Shown: positions 1 to 9,597 of the stretch, piece after piece | Numbering within the stretch: the first letter of the stretch is position 1 | How the letters are laid out: each line of letters starts with the position of its first letter | DNA from: an uncultured Chthonomonadaceae bacterium | GTDB taxonomy: Bacteria; Armatimonadota; Chthonomonadetes; Chthonomonadales; Chthonomonadaceae | Reading direction: 5' to 3' | DNA length: 64,000 bases | NCBI GenBank assembly: GCA_963835065.1 | Contig: CAWIEK010000053.1 | Span: 480,001-544,000, forward strand | Notes under the pieces: model-generated | Seen by the model: only the letters and a program-made list of their open reading frames with translations | Databases searched by the model: none | What the model was told of the DNA's origin: nothing | Translations under genes and position numbers: made by a program

Positions 1-1112
1 TGCCGCATCTCGCGCCCTTCTTCCTGCAAGGCTTTGCTGCTGCACAATTCTACAATCGTCCATGTGTTCAGCGTCTTCTGCATGTCCCGCGCTTCGACGC
101 AAAACGGCGTCAAGCCACACGGCTGCCATTCGGTACGCGGCCTTTTGGCGTCTTTGGCTAACTGCTCGTGCCACTCTGCCACGCGCTTGAGTAACGCCGT
201 CAGCGTCCGCCCCTTCATGCTCAATCCCGGTTCCGGCGCGCTGTCGTAAGTGACCGGGCCGTCAATACCGTGCCGCGTTGGTTCGCCGAAACGCTGTTCC
301 CACAGATAATCCACAATTGGGCCGACCTGCGCCACATCCATTTGCGCCTGATTGACAAACCATTGAATTACCGATTCCCAAAACGCCTCGTCCGGCAAAA
401 TGCCGCCCAACCTTGATTCGGCAATCGCCTGCGCCAGATACTCGCTTCCGCCGAGGGCAACGGTCTGCCCCCGCCGCAGCGCCGCCACAATGCTGCCATC
501 ACCCGGAGCCTGCAAGAAGTGATGCGCCGCTTTTTCCGTCAATCGCAGGGGCAAGTCGGCGCGGCGAATGTTCTGCCCGTTGCCGATATGCAGAAACCAA
601 TCCTGATGCTGTCGGCTTACGGGCGTAAACCCTTCAAACCATCCGGCATCCATAAACGCGGGCACATCGTACCGCGCGAACAAATGCCGCGCCATCCGCG
701 CAAACTGCCCGCGCGCATGGCTGCCTTCCATGCGGCAGGCTTCCGGCATATTCCGCCATTGCTCGTGACGCAAGGCAAGCATCAGCAGCGCATCCACAAA
801 CGTATTGCCCGACTGCGGTCCCAAATACGCGATTACCGGCTCAATGGACACAAACGGCGAGTTACGCCCCAGATGATTAAGCAGCCGCTGCCATGCCGCG
901 CTTGCGTCCGCGTTTTGATTAACAGTCGCATACGCGGCCCGCATTTTCTGCTGATGCGCAGCAGGCAGGGCGGCCCAGGGCGCGCGATTGCTGTAAATGT
1001 CGCGGATACGGGCATCCACATCACGGTGCAATTTGCGCCACTGCGCCCACTGTTCCTGCGCAATACCCCAAGAATTTGCCGATTGTTCGCTAACCTGTGC
1101 GGAGTTCGACAC
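1..1112 (-). CDS. PcfJ-like domain protein (3' end runs off window)
   Basis: Manual translation from GTG at 1112 (GGAG RBS upstream) gives RHLFARYDVPAFMDAGWF, FWESVIQWF..VGPIVDYL, MKGRT..WH and WTIVELCSSKALQEEGREMRH, typical of PcfJ-domain proteins. Absent from the ORF track because it is truncated. Confidence 0.75.
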   Translation of the reverse strand, partial: MSNSAQVSEQSANSWGIAQEQWAQWRKLHRDVDARIRDIYSNRAPWAALPAAHQQKMRAAYATVNQNADASAAWQRLLNHLGRNSPFVSIEPVIAYLGPQSGNTFVDALLMLALRHEQWRNMPEACRMEGSHARGQFARMARHLFARYDVPAFMDAGWFEGFTPVSRQHQDWFLHIGNGQNIRRADLPLRLTEKAAHHFLQAPGDGSIVAALRRGQTVALGGSEYLAQAIAESRLGGILPDEAFWESVIQWFVNQAQMDVAQVGPIVDYLWEQRFGEPTRHGIDGPVTYDSAPEPGLSMKGRTLTALLKRVAEWHEQLAKDAKRPRTEWQPCGLTPFCVEARDMQKTLNTWTIVELCSSKALQEEGREMR

Positions 1113-1165
1113 TGTTTCGTCACTCCTTCCAACCCTCTATCGGCCAGCAACGGCGGCTTGCTAAA

Positions 1166-1543
1166 TCACAATTCGCGGGTTTTGTAGGCGGCAAGCAGGT
1201 CGGCAACCGCAATGCCGTCTATGGTCATGCCGTCCAGCGTACAGTTTTCAATCTTCACGTCGCGCAGGTCACAATCCACAAACGCCGAACCGTTCAGTTC
1301 GGCGTTTTCAAAGGCAAGCCCGCGCTGCGTTCCCTTTGCATCACGCGGCAGGCCGATGTGTTTGAACGTCGCGCCGCCCATTTGCGCGGCGGAAAACGCG
1401 ACGTCGCTGAAATTGATGTCGTGGAAAATCGCGCCCGACAGGTTCACATCGTCGAAATGGGCGTTTCCCAGATTGACATTGTGGAACGTGGTTCCGGGCA
1501 TATTCCGGCCCTCAAACTTGTTTTCTTCTGCAGAATCAGACAT
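1166..1543 (-). CDS. Pentapeptide repeat protein
   Basis: Repeats such as FHNVNLGNAHFDDVNLSGAIFHDINFSDVAF; C-terminal GMTIDGIAVADLLAAY; start MSDSAEE. Confidence 0.85.
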   Translation of the reverse strand: MSDSAEENKFEGRNMPGTTFHNVNLGNAHFDDVNLSGAIFHDINFSDVAFSAAQMGGATFKHIGLPRDAKGTQRGLAFENAELNGSAFVDCDLRDVKIENCTLDGMTIDGIAVADLLAAYKTREL

Positions 1544-1705
1544 TGCTTTCTCCTTTTCATCCTGGAAGGAGTGGGATGCTTCCCATTCCCTCAATCGAAG
1601 ACTTCCCTCACCCTGATAACTTGTACTTCGGTTTGAAAACCGGAACGACATCAAGGCCAACGAGAGAAGCACACAAACCCTCTTGGTTCTGCGCTAACAT
1701 AACAT

Positions 1706-1808
1706 CACGGATTGAAGGGATGAAACAGATGAACACGGATAGGAAATGAGGATGTACTCCTGCTTTCCCGCATATCCGCGCGTATCCGTTTCATCCGTTC
1801 AATCCGTG
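1706..1808. repeat. Imperfect inverted repeat built from ~9-nt units
   Basis: cacggattgaagggatgaaacagatgaacacggat ... atccgcgcgtatccgtttcatccgttcaatccgtg. Confidence 0.8.
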
Positions 1809-1828
1809 GTAAAATTCTCTCCCGGCCC

Positions 1829-3034
1829 TTACGCTTTGAGGCTGGAGCGGAACAGCGCGATACTGGCCGTTTGCCCGTGCAGGCAGCTTTTGCCGCCAAT
1901 AGGTCCGAGTTCCCCGGCAGCGAAGAAACCGGCGAGGGGGGTTTCCGGGACGGCTTCCAACACGCCGCGCACGTCATGGTTGGGCAGATCGAACATCCGC
2001 AGCCCCCGTCCATTACAACTGAACACCAGCCCACCCGCGGGAGCCGAGTCGTTGGTCGCGGAACGGCGCATCAGCAGGCGCAGGTCTTCATCGGCGGTTT
2101 CCGCGTCCTGAATATGGAACTGTACGGTCTGCCCCGCCTGTACTTCCTCACCAATCACCATTGCGCCCGATTCCGGGTCCACGCCTAAGACGCCCCGAAT
2201 TAGAAAATCGCCCCGGTCAAAGGCGTCCTGATACTCATTGGTGACAATGCCCAAAAATAACGCGCCGTTTTGAACCTGTTCCTGTTCCGCTTCATTCAGA
2301 TCGCTAAACGTGTTTTGCGCGGCTTCCAGCGCGGGCTTGCCGCCCAGGGTATGAATCACCTGCTCGTCGGCCTTTGTCACCAACAGGGTTTCGCCAATCG
2401 GGCGGCAGCCCTGACTGACAACCACATCCACGCGCACCTCGCCGGCAATCCGCACCCCAACCGCGCCATCATCAAAAACTTGATCGTTCAGCAAAAGCAC
2501 ATTCTGGCCCGGCTGATCACCACTGCTTGCCATACCGCCAACGGTGGGCGCTCCGCCGATCTCATCCAGGGCTTCCATCAGGTCAATAACGGGCGTGGTA
2601 AACGGGTCGCCGAACAGCAAAAACGCTCGCGTTTCGTCCGCATCGCCCGGCAGCGTGTCGCGCCGAATGCCCACGCGACGGCGCAACTGCCGCCGCGTAT
2701 CGTCCAGCAAGTAATCCCATTCCACATAGCTCATTTGAAACGGCGTCAAAATCACGCCCGGAAGGTTCGCAGCGAGCGCGCTCAATCCCGGTTCGCGCTC
2801 CACTTCCCTGTCGCCGCCAATCACGCCTTCCGCGCTGCACCCCACCAAAACGCGCGGATTCAGCGCCTGCCGCAGTTGCTGCGCCATTTGCGCGGCGCGC
2901 TCCTGATGCTGAACTGTGAAAAACAGAGTCAATAAATCAATCGAGCCGGTCAGTTGGCGGCGCAGGGACGCGATCACTTCCTGCGTGGCCTCGTCCGTAT
3001 CCTCCCGTCGGCTCAATGCGGCGGCAAACTGCAT
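1829..3034 (-). CDS. FIST N/C domain protein
   Basis: VGCSAEGVIG, GGMAS, VSQGCRPIG, FSCNGRG, GFFAAGELGP motifs. Confidence 0.9.
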   Translation of the reverse strand: MQFAAALSRREDTDEATQEVIASLRRQLTGSIDLLTLFFTVQHQERAAQMAQQLRQALNPRVLVGCSAEGVIGGDREVEREPGLSALAANLPGVILTPFQMSYVEWDYLLDDTRRQLRRRVGIRRDTLPGDADETRAFLLFGDPFTTPVIDLMEALDEIGGAPTVGGMASSGDQPGQNVLLLNDQVFDDGAVGVRIAGEVRVDVVVSQGCRPIGETLLVTKADEQVIHTLGGKPALEAAQNTFSDLNEAEQEQVQNGALFLGIVTNEYQDAFDRGDFLIRGVLGVDPESGAMVIGEEVQAGQTVQFHIQDAETADEDLRLLMRRSATNDSAPAGGLVFSCNGRGLRMFDLPNHDVRGVLEAVPETPLAGFFAAGELGPIGGKSCLHGQTASIALFRSSLKA

Positions 3035-3218
3035 AACATGCTCCCAACCATTCTAGCCTGAAAATGCCGGTATTCGGTGTTCGGTATTCGGTGTTCGGAC
3101 AATCCGGCATGTTCATGCTCTAAGGTCAACGTAGTTCATGCGAACTGTTCTAAACGCGAATGTCCAAACACCTATGCGCCATCATCGAACCTGCCTCAGT
3201 CGGACGCCTCATTCGCGT

Positions 3219-3995
3219 TTATTCGCGTTCATTCGCGGCTAAGTTCTGAATTTTGTTCGCAGCCGGCGGGCGATTTTCGGGCTTGGGCTGGCTGATGGGC
3301 GGCGGCGCAATGTACAGCGGCACAAGCGCTATCGGGTCTTCCCCGGTATCGCCCTGCTCCATACGCAGCCCCGCCAAACGCGCTATTTGTGACGCGAAAG
3401 GCACGGCAGCCAGCCCACAGGAAGTACGCCTGCCCTGCTCCGACAACTGCGCAAACAGCGCAGCCCGATGTTTCGGCATGGCCGGCCCACACAGCACGAT
3501 ATGCCGGCGATCCAGTTCCGCAATCTGCGCGGTCAATTCTTCCAGCGACAGGGCAGCCGGGGCAATCACAATTTCGGGTGCAGTTTCGTCCACATTGTAC
3601 CCGCCCGTGAATACCACGCCCGCCCGACACGGCAGGAGGGGCACGACGAGTACCACTTCCAATCCCTGATACGTGGCGGCAATGGCTTCCAGGCTGTTGA
3701 TGCCATACAAAGGCCGATTTCGGACTGACGCCAACGTTTTCATCGTCATCACGCCGATGCGCGTTCCCGTAAACGATCCCGGCCCGATGCCAACCGCAAA
3801 CGCCGTCACCTCTTCCAGCGTCACGCCTGCGCTCTGTAAGACGCCTTCCATCTGCCCGAACAACCGCTCCGACAGATGCATGTTGTGCCGAAACGCCTGT
3901 TCAGCCACAAACTGCCCGTCCCGCTGCACCGCCACGCTGCACACGTCGCCGGACGTTTCCATCGCCAGTATGACCTTGCCGCTTTGCTCACTCAT
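3219..3995 (-). CDS. tsaB: tRNA t6A biosynthesis protein TsaB
   Basis: ILAMETSG..CSVA, HLSERL, AVGIGPGSFTGTRIG, PLY; ATGA overlap with the tsaE stop. Confidence 0.92.
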   Translation of the reverse strand: MSEQSGKVILAMETSGDVCSVAVQRDGQFVAEQAFRHNMHLSERLFGQMEGVLQSAGVTLEEVTAFAVGIGPGSFTGTRIGVMTMKTLASVRNRPLYGINSLEAIAATYQGLEVVLVVPLLPCRAGVVFTGGYNVDETAPEIVIAPAALSLEELTAQIAELDRRHIVLCGPAMPKHRAALFAQLSEQGRRTSCGLAAVPFASQIARLAGLRMEQGDTGEDPIALVPLYIAPPPISQPKPENRPPAANKIQNLAANERE

Positions 3996-4582
3996 TCCAC
4001 GCGCCGTTCCCGCATCGCCTCGACTTCCGGCGCTTGCATCCATACCTCCACCAGTTGTTGATAGCGTACCCCTGCCGCTTCCATCCGCAACAATCGCGGT
4101 ACGGCATCCGCATCAGAAATGAGGTTATTCTCCCCCTCTACGCCACGCCCCGACTTCCTTGCTTCCTCCAAAGTAAGCGTCAGCCGCTCGTCCGGCAGCA
4201 AGGCCGCGATCTTGTCCGCCCATTCCACGACCACAATCCCGCCGCGCTCCAGATACTCCTCGAAGCCGAAATCACTCACGTCTTCCGGGCGCTCCAGGCG
4301 GTACGGGTCGAAGTGAAACAGGGGCGTCTCCTGCCCATACTCCTGTACCAGAGTAAACGTCGGGCTTGTCACGCGCTCCGTAATGCCCATCCCCTGCGCG
4401 ATTCCCTGCGTCAGCGTGGTTTTCCCCGCGCCCAAATCGCCAATCAGCGCAATCACATCCCCCGCCCGCAGCAATTTTCCTAACGCCCTGCCCAGCGCCA
4501 GTGTGTCCTCTCTTGTGCGCAACACTGGAAAGGGTTGGGGGGTGAGGGGTGAGGGGTGAGGGAGCGACACATCGCGCGTCAC
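3992..4582 (-). CDS. tsaE: tRNA t6A biosynthesis ATPase TsaE
   Basis: GDLGAGKTT, VTSPTFTLVQEY, HFDPYRL, VVEW; GTG start overlaps the upstream stop; N-terminal PHPSPLTPQP is encoded by a CCCCTCA heptamer array. Confidence 0.92.
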   Translation of the reverse strand: MTRDVSLPHPSPLTPQPFPVLRTREDTLALGRALGKLLRAGDVIALIGDLGAGKTTLTQGIAQGMGITERVTSPTFTLVQEYGQETPLFHFDPYRLERPEDVSDFGFEEYLERGGIVVVEWADKIAALLPDERLTLTLEEARKSGRGVEGENNLISDADAVPRLLRMEAAGVRYQQLVEVWMQAPEVEAMRERRVE

Positions 4583-6356
4583 AGCGGGTTTCCTTTTTGA
4601 AGTGGTTGCGGCTGCCGCTTCCTGTACGCCTCCCCTGCCATAACGAGCAGGCTCAGAGCGGAAGCCAGGATGACTTGAAGCAGCGCAACATTCTGAAACG
4701 ATTCGATATTGATGCCGGTCGCGGGATAACCGTTTATATCCGCAGACAGCGCATACGCGCCGAGGGCGGGAACCAGCAGCAGACTGCTCCATACGCCCAG
4801 TATCACGCTGACAGAACGGCCTCCCGCGCCGGAATTCTGACCGGGTAAAACATTACTTTCCGGCTTTGCCGCGTTTTCAATCCCTGCCGTCGCCTGTGTC
4901 CTGGCCGCGCGGCGATGCAGCCAAGTGAGCAGAAACGCCGGTACAAGCGTACTGCAAATAAGGCCCGCAATCACCCCTCCAGGCTGCCCTGCCCGGGAAA
5001 GGTAACTGATAGAGGTATTGACGCCGAACATCGCAAGCAGGCCATGCGAAGCGGCAACAGCCAAACTCCCCTGTTTCAGCCGCTGTTTCAAGCCGGATGC
5101 CGCGCCTAGCGGCGTAAAGCGGCGCAACAGAAAAATCAGGCATGCTCCGGTAATAACAGCTATCACGACATGGCGGAGATGCGCCCGCGTTATGGCGTGA
5201 GACCGCGCCAGATCGCTCCTTGCCTGAAGAGCCTGAAGGCTGCCGCCTTCCGCCTCAGACGAACTACCAGCCACAGGAACGGGCAAGTCGCTGTTTACGA
5301 ATTGCCGCGCGGGATTTGAAGGCAAAAGGCCGGGGATGTCTTCAAGCCCGGCAATATAAGCGTCAGTCATTCTGGCGCGTTGGACAAGTTCGTTGCGCTG
5401 AATTTGCCGCGCCGCGCCTGCCGGCAAAAGCAAATAGTCACCCGTACAGCCGCCATGCTTGAGTTTGGCAGGGGAAGTCCTAACAGAGCGGCAATTGTCG
5501 GCGCGATGTCTTCCTCGCGCATGATCGCGCGTTCCCCCCGCGACGCGCCAGTCCCCGCGAAGACCACCGGCGGATGCGTTACGACATATTCGGTGCCGCC
5601 GTGTCCTCCCGCGTCCAGATGCCCGTGATCGGCGGTCACAACGATACACGTTTCTGCCGTGTTTGCTTCGCGGACCAGTTCGCCGATCCAGCGGTCAATT
5701 TGCGCGGCGGATTGGAGAGCGGGCGCGCTCAATGCACCGCACTCGTGGCTTCTCTCATCATACGCGCCGAAGTAAACTAAAATCAGCCCGGCCTTCTGGC
5801 GGCGCAGAATAGATTGCGCGGCGCGAAAAATTTTCGCGTCATCTTCATCCTCAAATCCGGGCGCGTAAGCCGCTTCGGAAAGGCTGTCAGCGCGGAGAAA
5901 ACGCTTCCACCATATTTGCCCGGCGATACTAGCAGGCAAATGGTTCGCATGGGCAACATCAAAAAGCGTGTCTACCGACAGCGTTCGGATACGATTATAG
6001 GGAGCATTGATGAGCGAGGAACCGCTGATTTCCGGCGATGCTCCACTCACGAGCGTCGCCCAGGAAGGCTGTGATAACGACGGCACAACAACAACCGACC
6101 GGCCCCATGCGCCGTGCGAACGCAAATTTTCTATAGCGGGCATCGTGTGCGACACATCCTCGCGCAAGCCGTCCACGATAATGTAGAGAACCCGCCCTGC
6201 GATGGGCGGCGAACCGGAAGTATGTCCGAGTGGCGGCGCGTAGGAAGGCTGGTGGTCTATTGCGCTATTGATTCGACGCGCCACAATAGCGGAGCATACG
6301 AGAACCATTCCCACAAGCAACGAAACAAGCGCCGATGCAGAATAGCCCTGTTTCAT
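4579..6356 (-). CDS. Alkaline phosphatase-superfamily membrane protein (one frameshift near 5460)
   Basis: ORF 5367-6356 has IIVDGLR, PSLSQPSW, DERSH, TADHGH..GGHGG and DIAPT; ORF 4579-5649 supplies C-terminal TM helices in another frame. Confidence 0.7.
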
Positions 6357-7978
6357 TCCACAGGCTCCGAAAAGGCCGTATCGGAGTTCTGCTTTTCCAT
6401 ACGCCGCGTAATCCGGCAGTCCGGTGGCCTGAATTTATGCCGCAGAAAGATATAGGCCGGCAGAAGGACAAAGACCACCCACAGCCAGAATGTCTGTTTA
6501 AGGAACGGAGGCAGCACATTGGAAAGCCCTTGCAGGTGTTCCGCAATCCAGCCTAACTTCAGCCCAATCCCCGGCTGCGTCAGTTTGGCAATGTTTTCTT
6601 TATTGAACGACAGGATATGAATGGCGCAAACAGATTTGTGCGAAGTCGGAGAATTGGCCTGATTGACCAGCGCTACGCGCAGCCCGTCGTTATTCATCGC
6701 GGCAATAACGGGTCCCTTGATGTCCAAACGATAGGTGATTTCGTGCATCGAACTTACGGTCAGGTGTTCCGGGGTTCCCGATAACGTCATCAGCCACAGA
6801 TTAAATCCCGCGTACTTCATGCGCGTTTCAATTAACAGGCTATGCGGATAGGGTTTCCCGTCCTCATCGTGCCCCTCCAGAGAACCAATCACCCGGCTGT
6901 CATCCGCATTGAACCCGGCGGGAATCATGGTTTGTGGATTCACTTCAGAAACGTCGCGCGACCAGAACACCACATCCGAAGGCGTTTTGTCTTCCTCCGT
7001 TGCCCCCACAGATGAGTCCGGGTTGAGCGTTTTCACCGGCAGCGCGGCGGCAATAAAGCGCCCATTCAAAGCCCAGGCATAGGAATTAGGGCACACGTCA
7101 CGATAAACTCGTTTCAACGCTGCGGCGTGGGCGTGTAAATTGAACTGAACCCAGCCCAGAGCAAACCTTTTATTTCCGCCATCCCACCGGAGACGGATAA
7201 GCACATTGATAACATCCGCCCCCTCTTCCAGCCGGTTCGACGCCTTCTCGCTTTGTTCGGCTTCCCGGTTCATCAGGACGGCGGGGCCGTCCCATAGCCA
7301 GCGGTCGTGGCTGTCGCCGTGAAGAGGGGAGACATCCTCACTCTGCTCGGGCCAACTCTGCGGTACGGCAGAATCGGACATGGCTTTCCTGATGTCGCCA
7401 TACGTTATCAACGCGGGAAAGTGGAAGTCACGCACTTCTGCCCTGTCCTTCCCGACGGGGCCGATGCCAAACACCAGCAGATGCCGTTCGCCTGGGCTGC
7501 CGCACCACAACAGCCGATTCACGCGGCAGTCGGGAAGTTTTTTCGTCCAGCAGACATCAGAGGCTTCCTTGCGCCATATCACAAGGAGATCAACACCCTC
7601 ATTCTTTTCCACTGCCGCAACAAGGCTGCTTTTCGTATCTCCCGCGACGAGGCGAGGATGAACAGCCTCCCCTTCCGGCACGGGCACGGAATAGGAGGTT
7701 ACAGCGCCTGATTCGGACATGCTCATGAGATGCGGAACGCCATTGTCCCGGTCAAAGAAAACAACCCTGTCTTCTCTGGCGAACAAAAGCTCACAGGGCT
7801 TGCTGTACTCCTGCGATGAAATCCGCTGCCCGCTGTCATGACCGGGTTCCACTTTGCGCGCCAGCAGCAACAGCACAAAGCAGGCAGCCCACACGAGCCA
7901 GTACCACGCTTTGCTGTCTCCGGGCAAAGGCTGACTGTCCGAGGAAGAAGTATGATTGTTTTGTGAGGCAGTCGCCAT
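6353..7978 (-). CDS. Hypothetical protein, N- and C-terminal TM helices around a beta-rich domain
   Basis: 541-aa ORF with hydrophobic segments near both ends; stop overlaps the next ATG. Confidence 0.65.
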   Translation of the reverse strand: MATASQNNHTSSSDSQPLPGDSKAWYWLVWAACFVLLLLARKVEPGHDSGQRISSQEYSKPCELLFAREDRVVFFDRDNGVPHLMSMSESGAVTSYSVPVPEGEAVHPRLVAGDTKSSLVAAVEKNEGVDLLVIWRKEASDVCWTKKLPDCRVNRLLWCGSPGERHLLVFGIGPVGKDRAEVRDFHFPALITYGDIRKAMSDSAVPQSWPEQSEDVSPLHGDSHDRWLWDGPAVLMNREAEQSEKASNRLEEGADVINVLIRLRWDGGNKRFALGWVQFNLHAHAAALKRVYRDVCPNSYAWALNGRFIAAALPVKTLNPDSSVGATEEDKTPSDVVFWSRDVSEVNPQTMIPAGFNADDSRVIGSLEGHDEDGKPYPHSLLIETRMKYAGFNLWLMTLSGTPEHLTVSSMHEITYRLDIKGPVIAAMNNDGLRVALVNQANSPTSHKSVCAIHILSFNKENIAKLTQPGIGLKLGWIAEHLQGLSNVLPPFLKQTFWLWVVFVLLPAYIFLRHKFRPPDCRITRRMEKQNSDTAFSEPVE

Positions 7979-8003
7979 GATTTCTTACCCTGCCGCCAAG
8001 TTG

Positions 8004-9464
8004 CTACGGGCTGAAGAGAGTCACCAGCCGGTCAAGCGCCGGGCCGCCGAACCCCATAAGGCTGTCAATCAGGGGGATGCCGGCGAACAGCGCGACAGTA
8101 TGGAGGAACGTCAGCGGTACCACGTCCTTCGATCTGGCCTGCGCCCATTGTGTCACATTGCTCTGCGTCTTCACCGAAGCAATCTTCCCGTGTTGTGTTT
8201 CCAACTGCTGTTTCACCCGGCTATGCGGATGATAGCCGTGCCATTTGTCTGACGGCAAATTGCTGAGAGCCACGATCTCTGCTTCCAGCACATTCACAGG
8301 CGTACCTTCCGTGATAGCATCCATTATCATTTGCAGTTTCTGCGCGGTATTTTCGAGTTGGATGTGGCTCACCACCATGTTGATCCACAGCCAGGGAAAG
8401 ACCGCCAGAAATATTACCAACAGCATGACTACCAGCACCAGTATCATCGTCAGCAATAAGTAGAACCGCCCGTAATACACCGCCAGAAAGAAGGTGATGG
8501 TTCCAAGACTGGTGATCAAATTTGTGGTATCAGTATGCAGTCGGCTCGATATGGCGCACAGCGCGTTCATCTGGTCATAGGTCAGGCACTCTGTTCCCTG
8601 CGGCGCTTCAGCCTCGGCCGTATCGCCTGGCGATTGTTGCTGCGCCGATGGTTTTCGCGCCGACAGTGTTTGCATCCATTGTGTTTGCGCCAATCGTTTT
8701 TGAGCAACGGTGTTTATGTGCCGGACAATGTTTGGGCAGGGAGTTTTTGTCTCGTAATTCAGAGTTTTGATGAAATTACGAGGGGAGTAGCGGCTGCTGA
8801 CGGCATAAATTACCTCAACGGCTAAAGCGGCAAAAATCAGCATGGGCGCGACCCATCCGCCGGTGTAAAGGACATAATTTATCGCATACCGATATTCGCC
8901 AAACAATTCGAGATAGAAGGCATAGCCAATATCCCCGATAATGAAGGCGGTCAGCAGAAATTTCATTCCCGCCCAGCCGCGCGTTAATTTTACCTCCGAA
9001 GGCTCCGGGGAAGCGCTCTTGTTTTCCGGCTGGCTTGCGTCCGATGCAATCTGCTCTGATAGACATTCCTCTGATAAAGTCTTACCCGCTGTCAAAGCAG
9101 CATCCTTGCCTGTACAGGGCGTAAACACTGCACCCTTCCAGTCATAAGGAAATTGTATATAGCGAATCCAGTAGGAAACAATCGCCGCCGTGACGATAAA
9201 ACTAGACTCGGCGCGGGGGCCATGTTCTCCATAAATCGCCATCCAGTAGTAGCCGTTTTGCGTATACGTCCATTGAACGCATAAATAACCGATTAAGGCA
9301 AGCACAAAGTAGAACAGTCCTGCCTGACCGGGGCTCCGATCAATTTCGGTCCACTCAGACCGACACCAATCACGCATGAAATACCATGCCGCCGACAGCC
9401 TGCCGGATTTTGGGGCGATTACAGGCGGTAATGGCTTCTTGTTCTGCGCGCTTGATTGTGTCAC
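8004..9464 (-). CDS. Hypothetical polytopic membrane protein
   Basis: 486-aa ORF with several hydrophobic helices. Confidence 0.65.
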   Translation of the reverse strand: MTQSSAQNKKPLPPVIAPKSGRLSAAWYFMRDWCRSEWTEIDRSPGQAGLFYFVLALIGYLCVQWTYTQNGYYWMAIYGEHGPRAESSFIVTAAIVSYWIRYIQFPYDWKGAVFTPCTGKDAALTAGKTLSEECLSEQIASDASQPENKSASPEPSEVKLTRGWAGMKFLLTAFIIGDIGYAFYLELFGEYRYAINYVLYTGGWVAPMLIFAALAVEVIYAVSSRYSPRNFIKTLNYETKTPCPNIVRHINTVAQKRLAQTQWMQTLSARKPSAQQQSPGDTAEAEAPQGTECLTYDQMNALCAISSRLHTDTTNLITSLGTITFFLAVYYGRFYLLLTMILVLVVMLLVIFLAVFPWLWINMVVSHIQLENTAQKLQMIMDAITEGTPVNVLEAEIVALSNLPSDKWHGYHPHSRVKQQLETQHGKIASVKTQSNVTQWAQARSKDVVPLTFLHTVALFAGIPLIDSLMGFGGPALDRLVTLFSP

Positions 9465-9597
9465 TGCGACGGTTCCTTTTTACATCAGACTGCTTTCATA
9501 GATTAGCGTGGACACCGCGAAGTTTTCTCGTTGAGCAGACCTATGAAAGAGGTTTATTCAACAGCGCTGTGCAGATTCCTGCGCGTTGTAAACTCGG

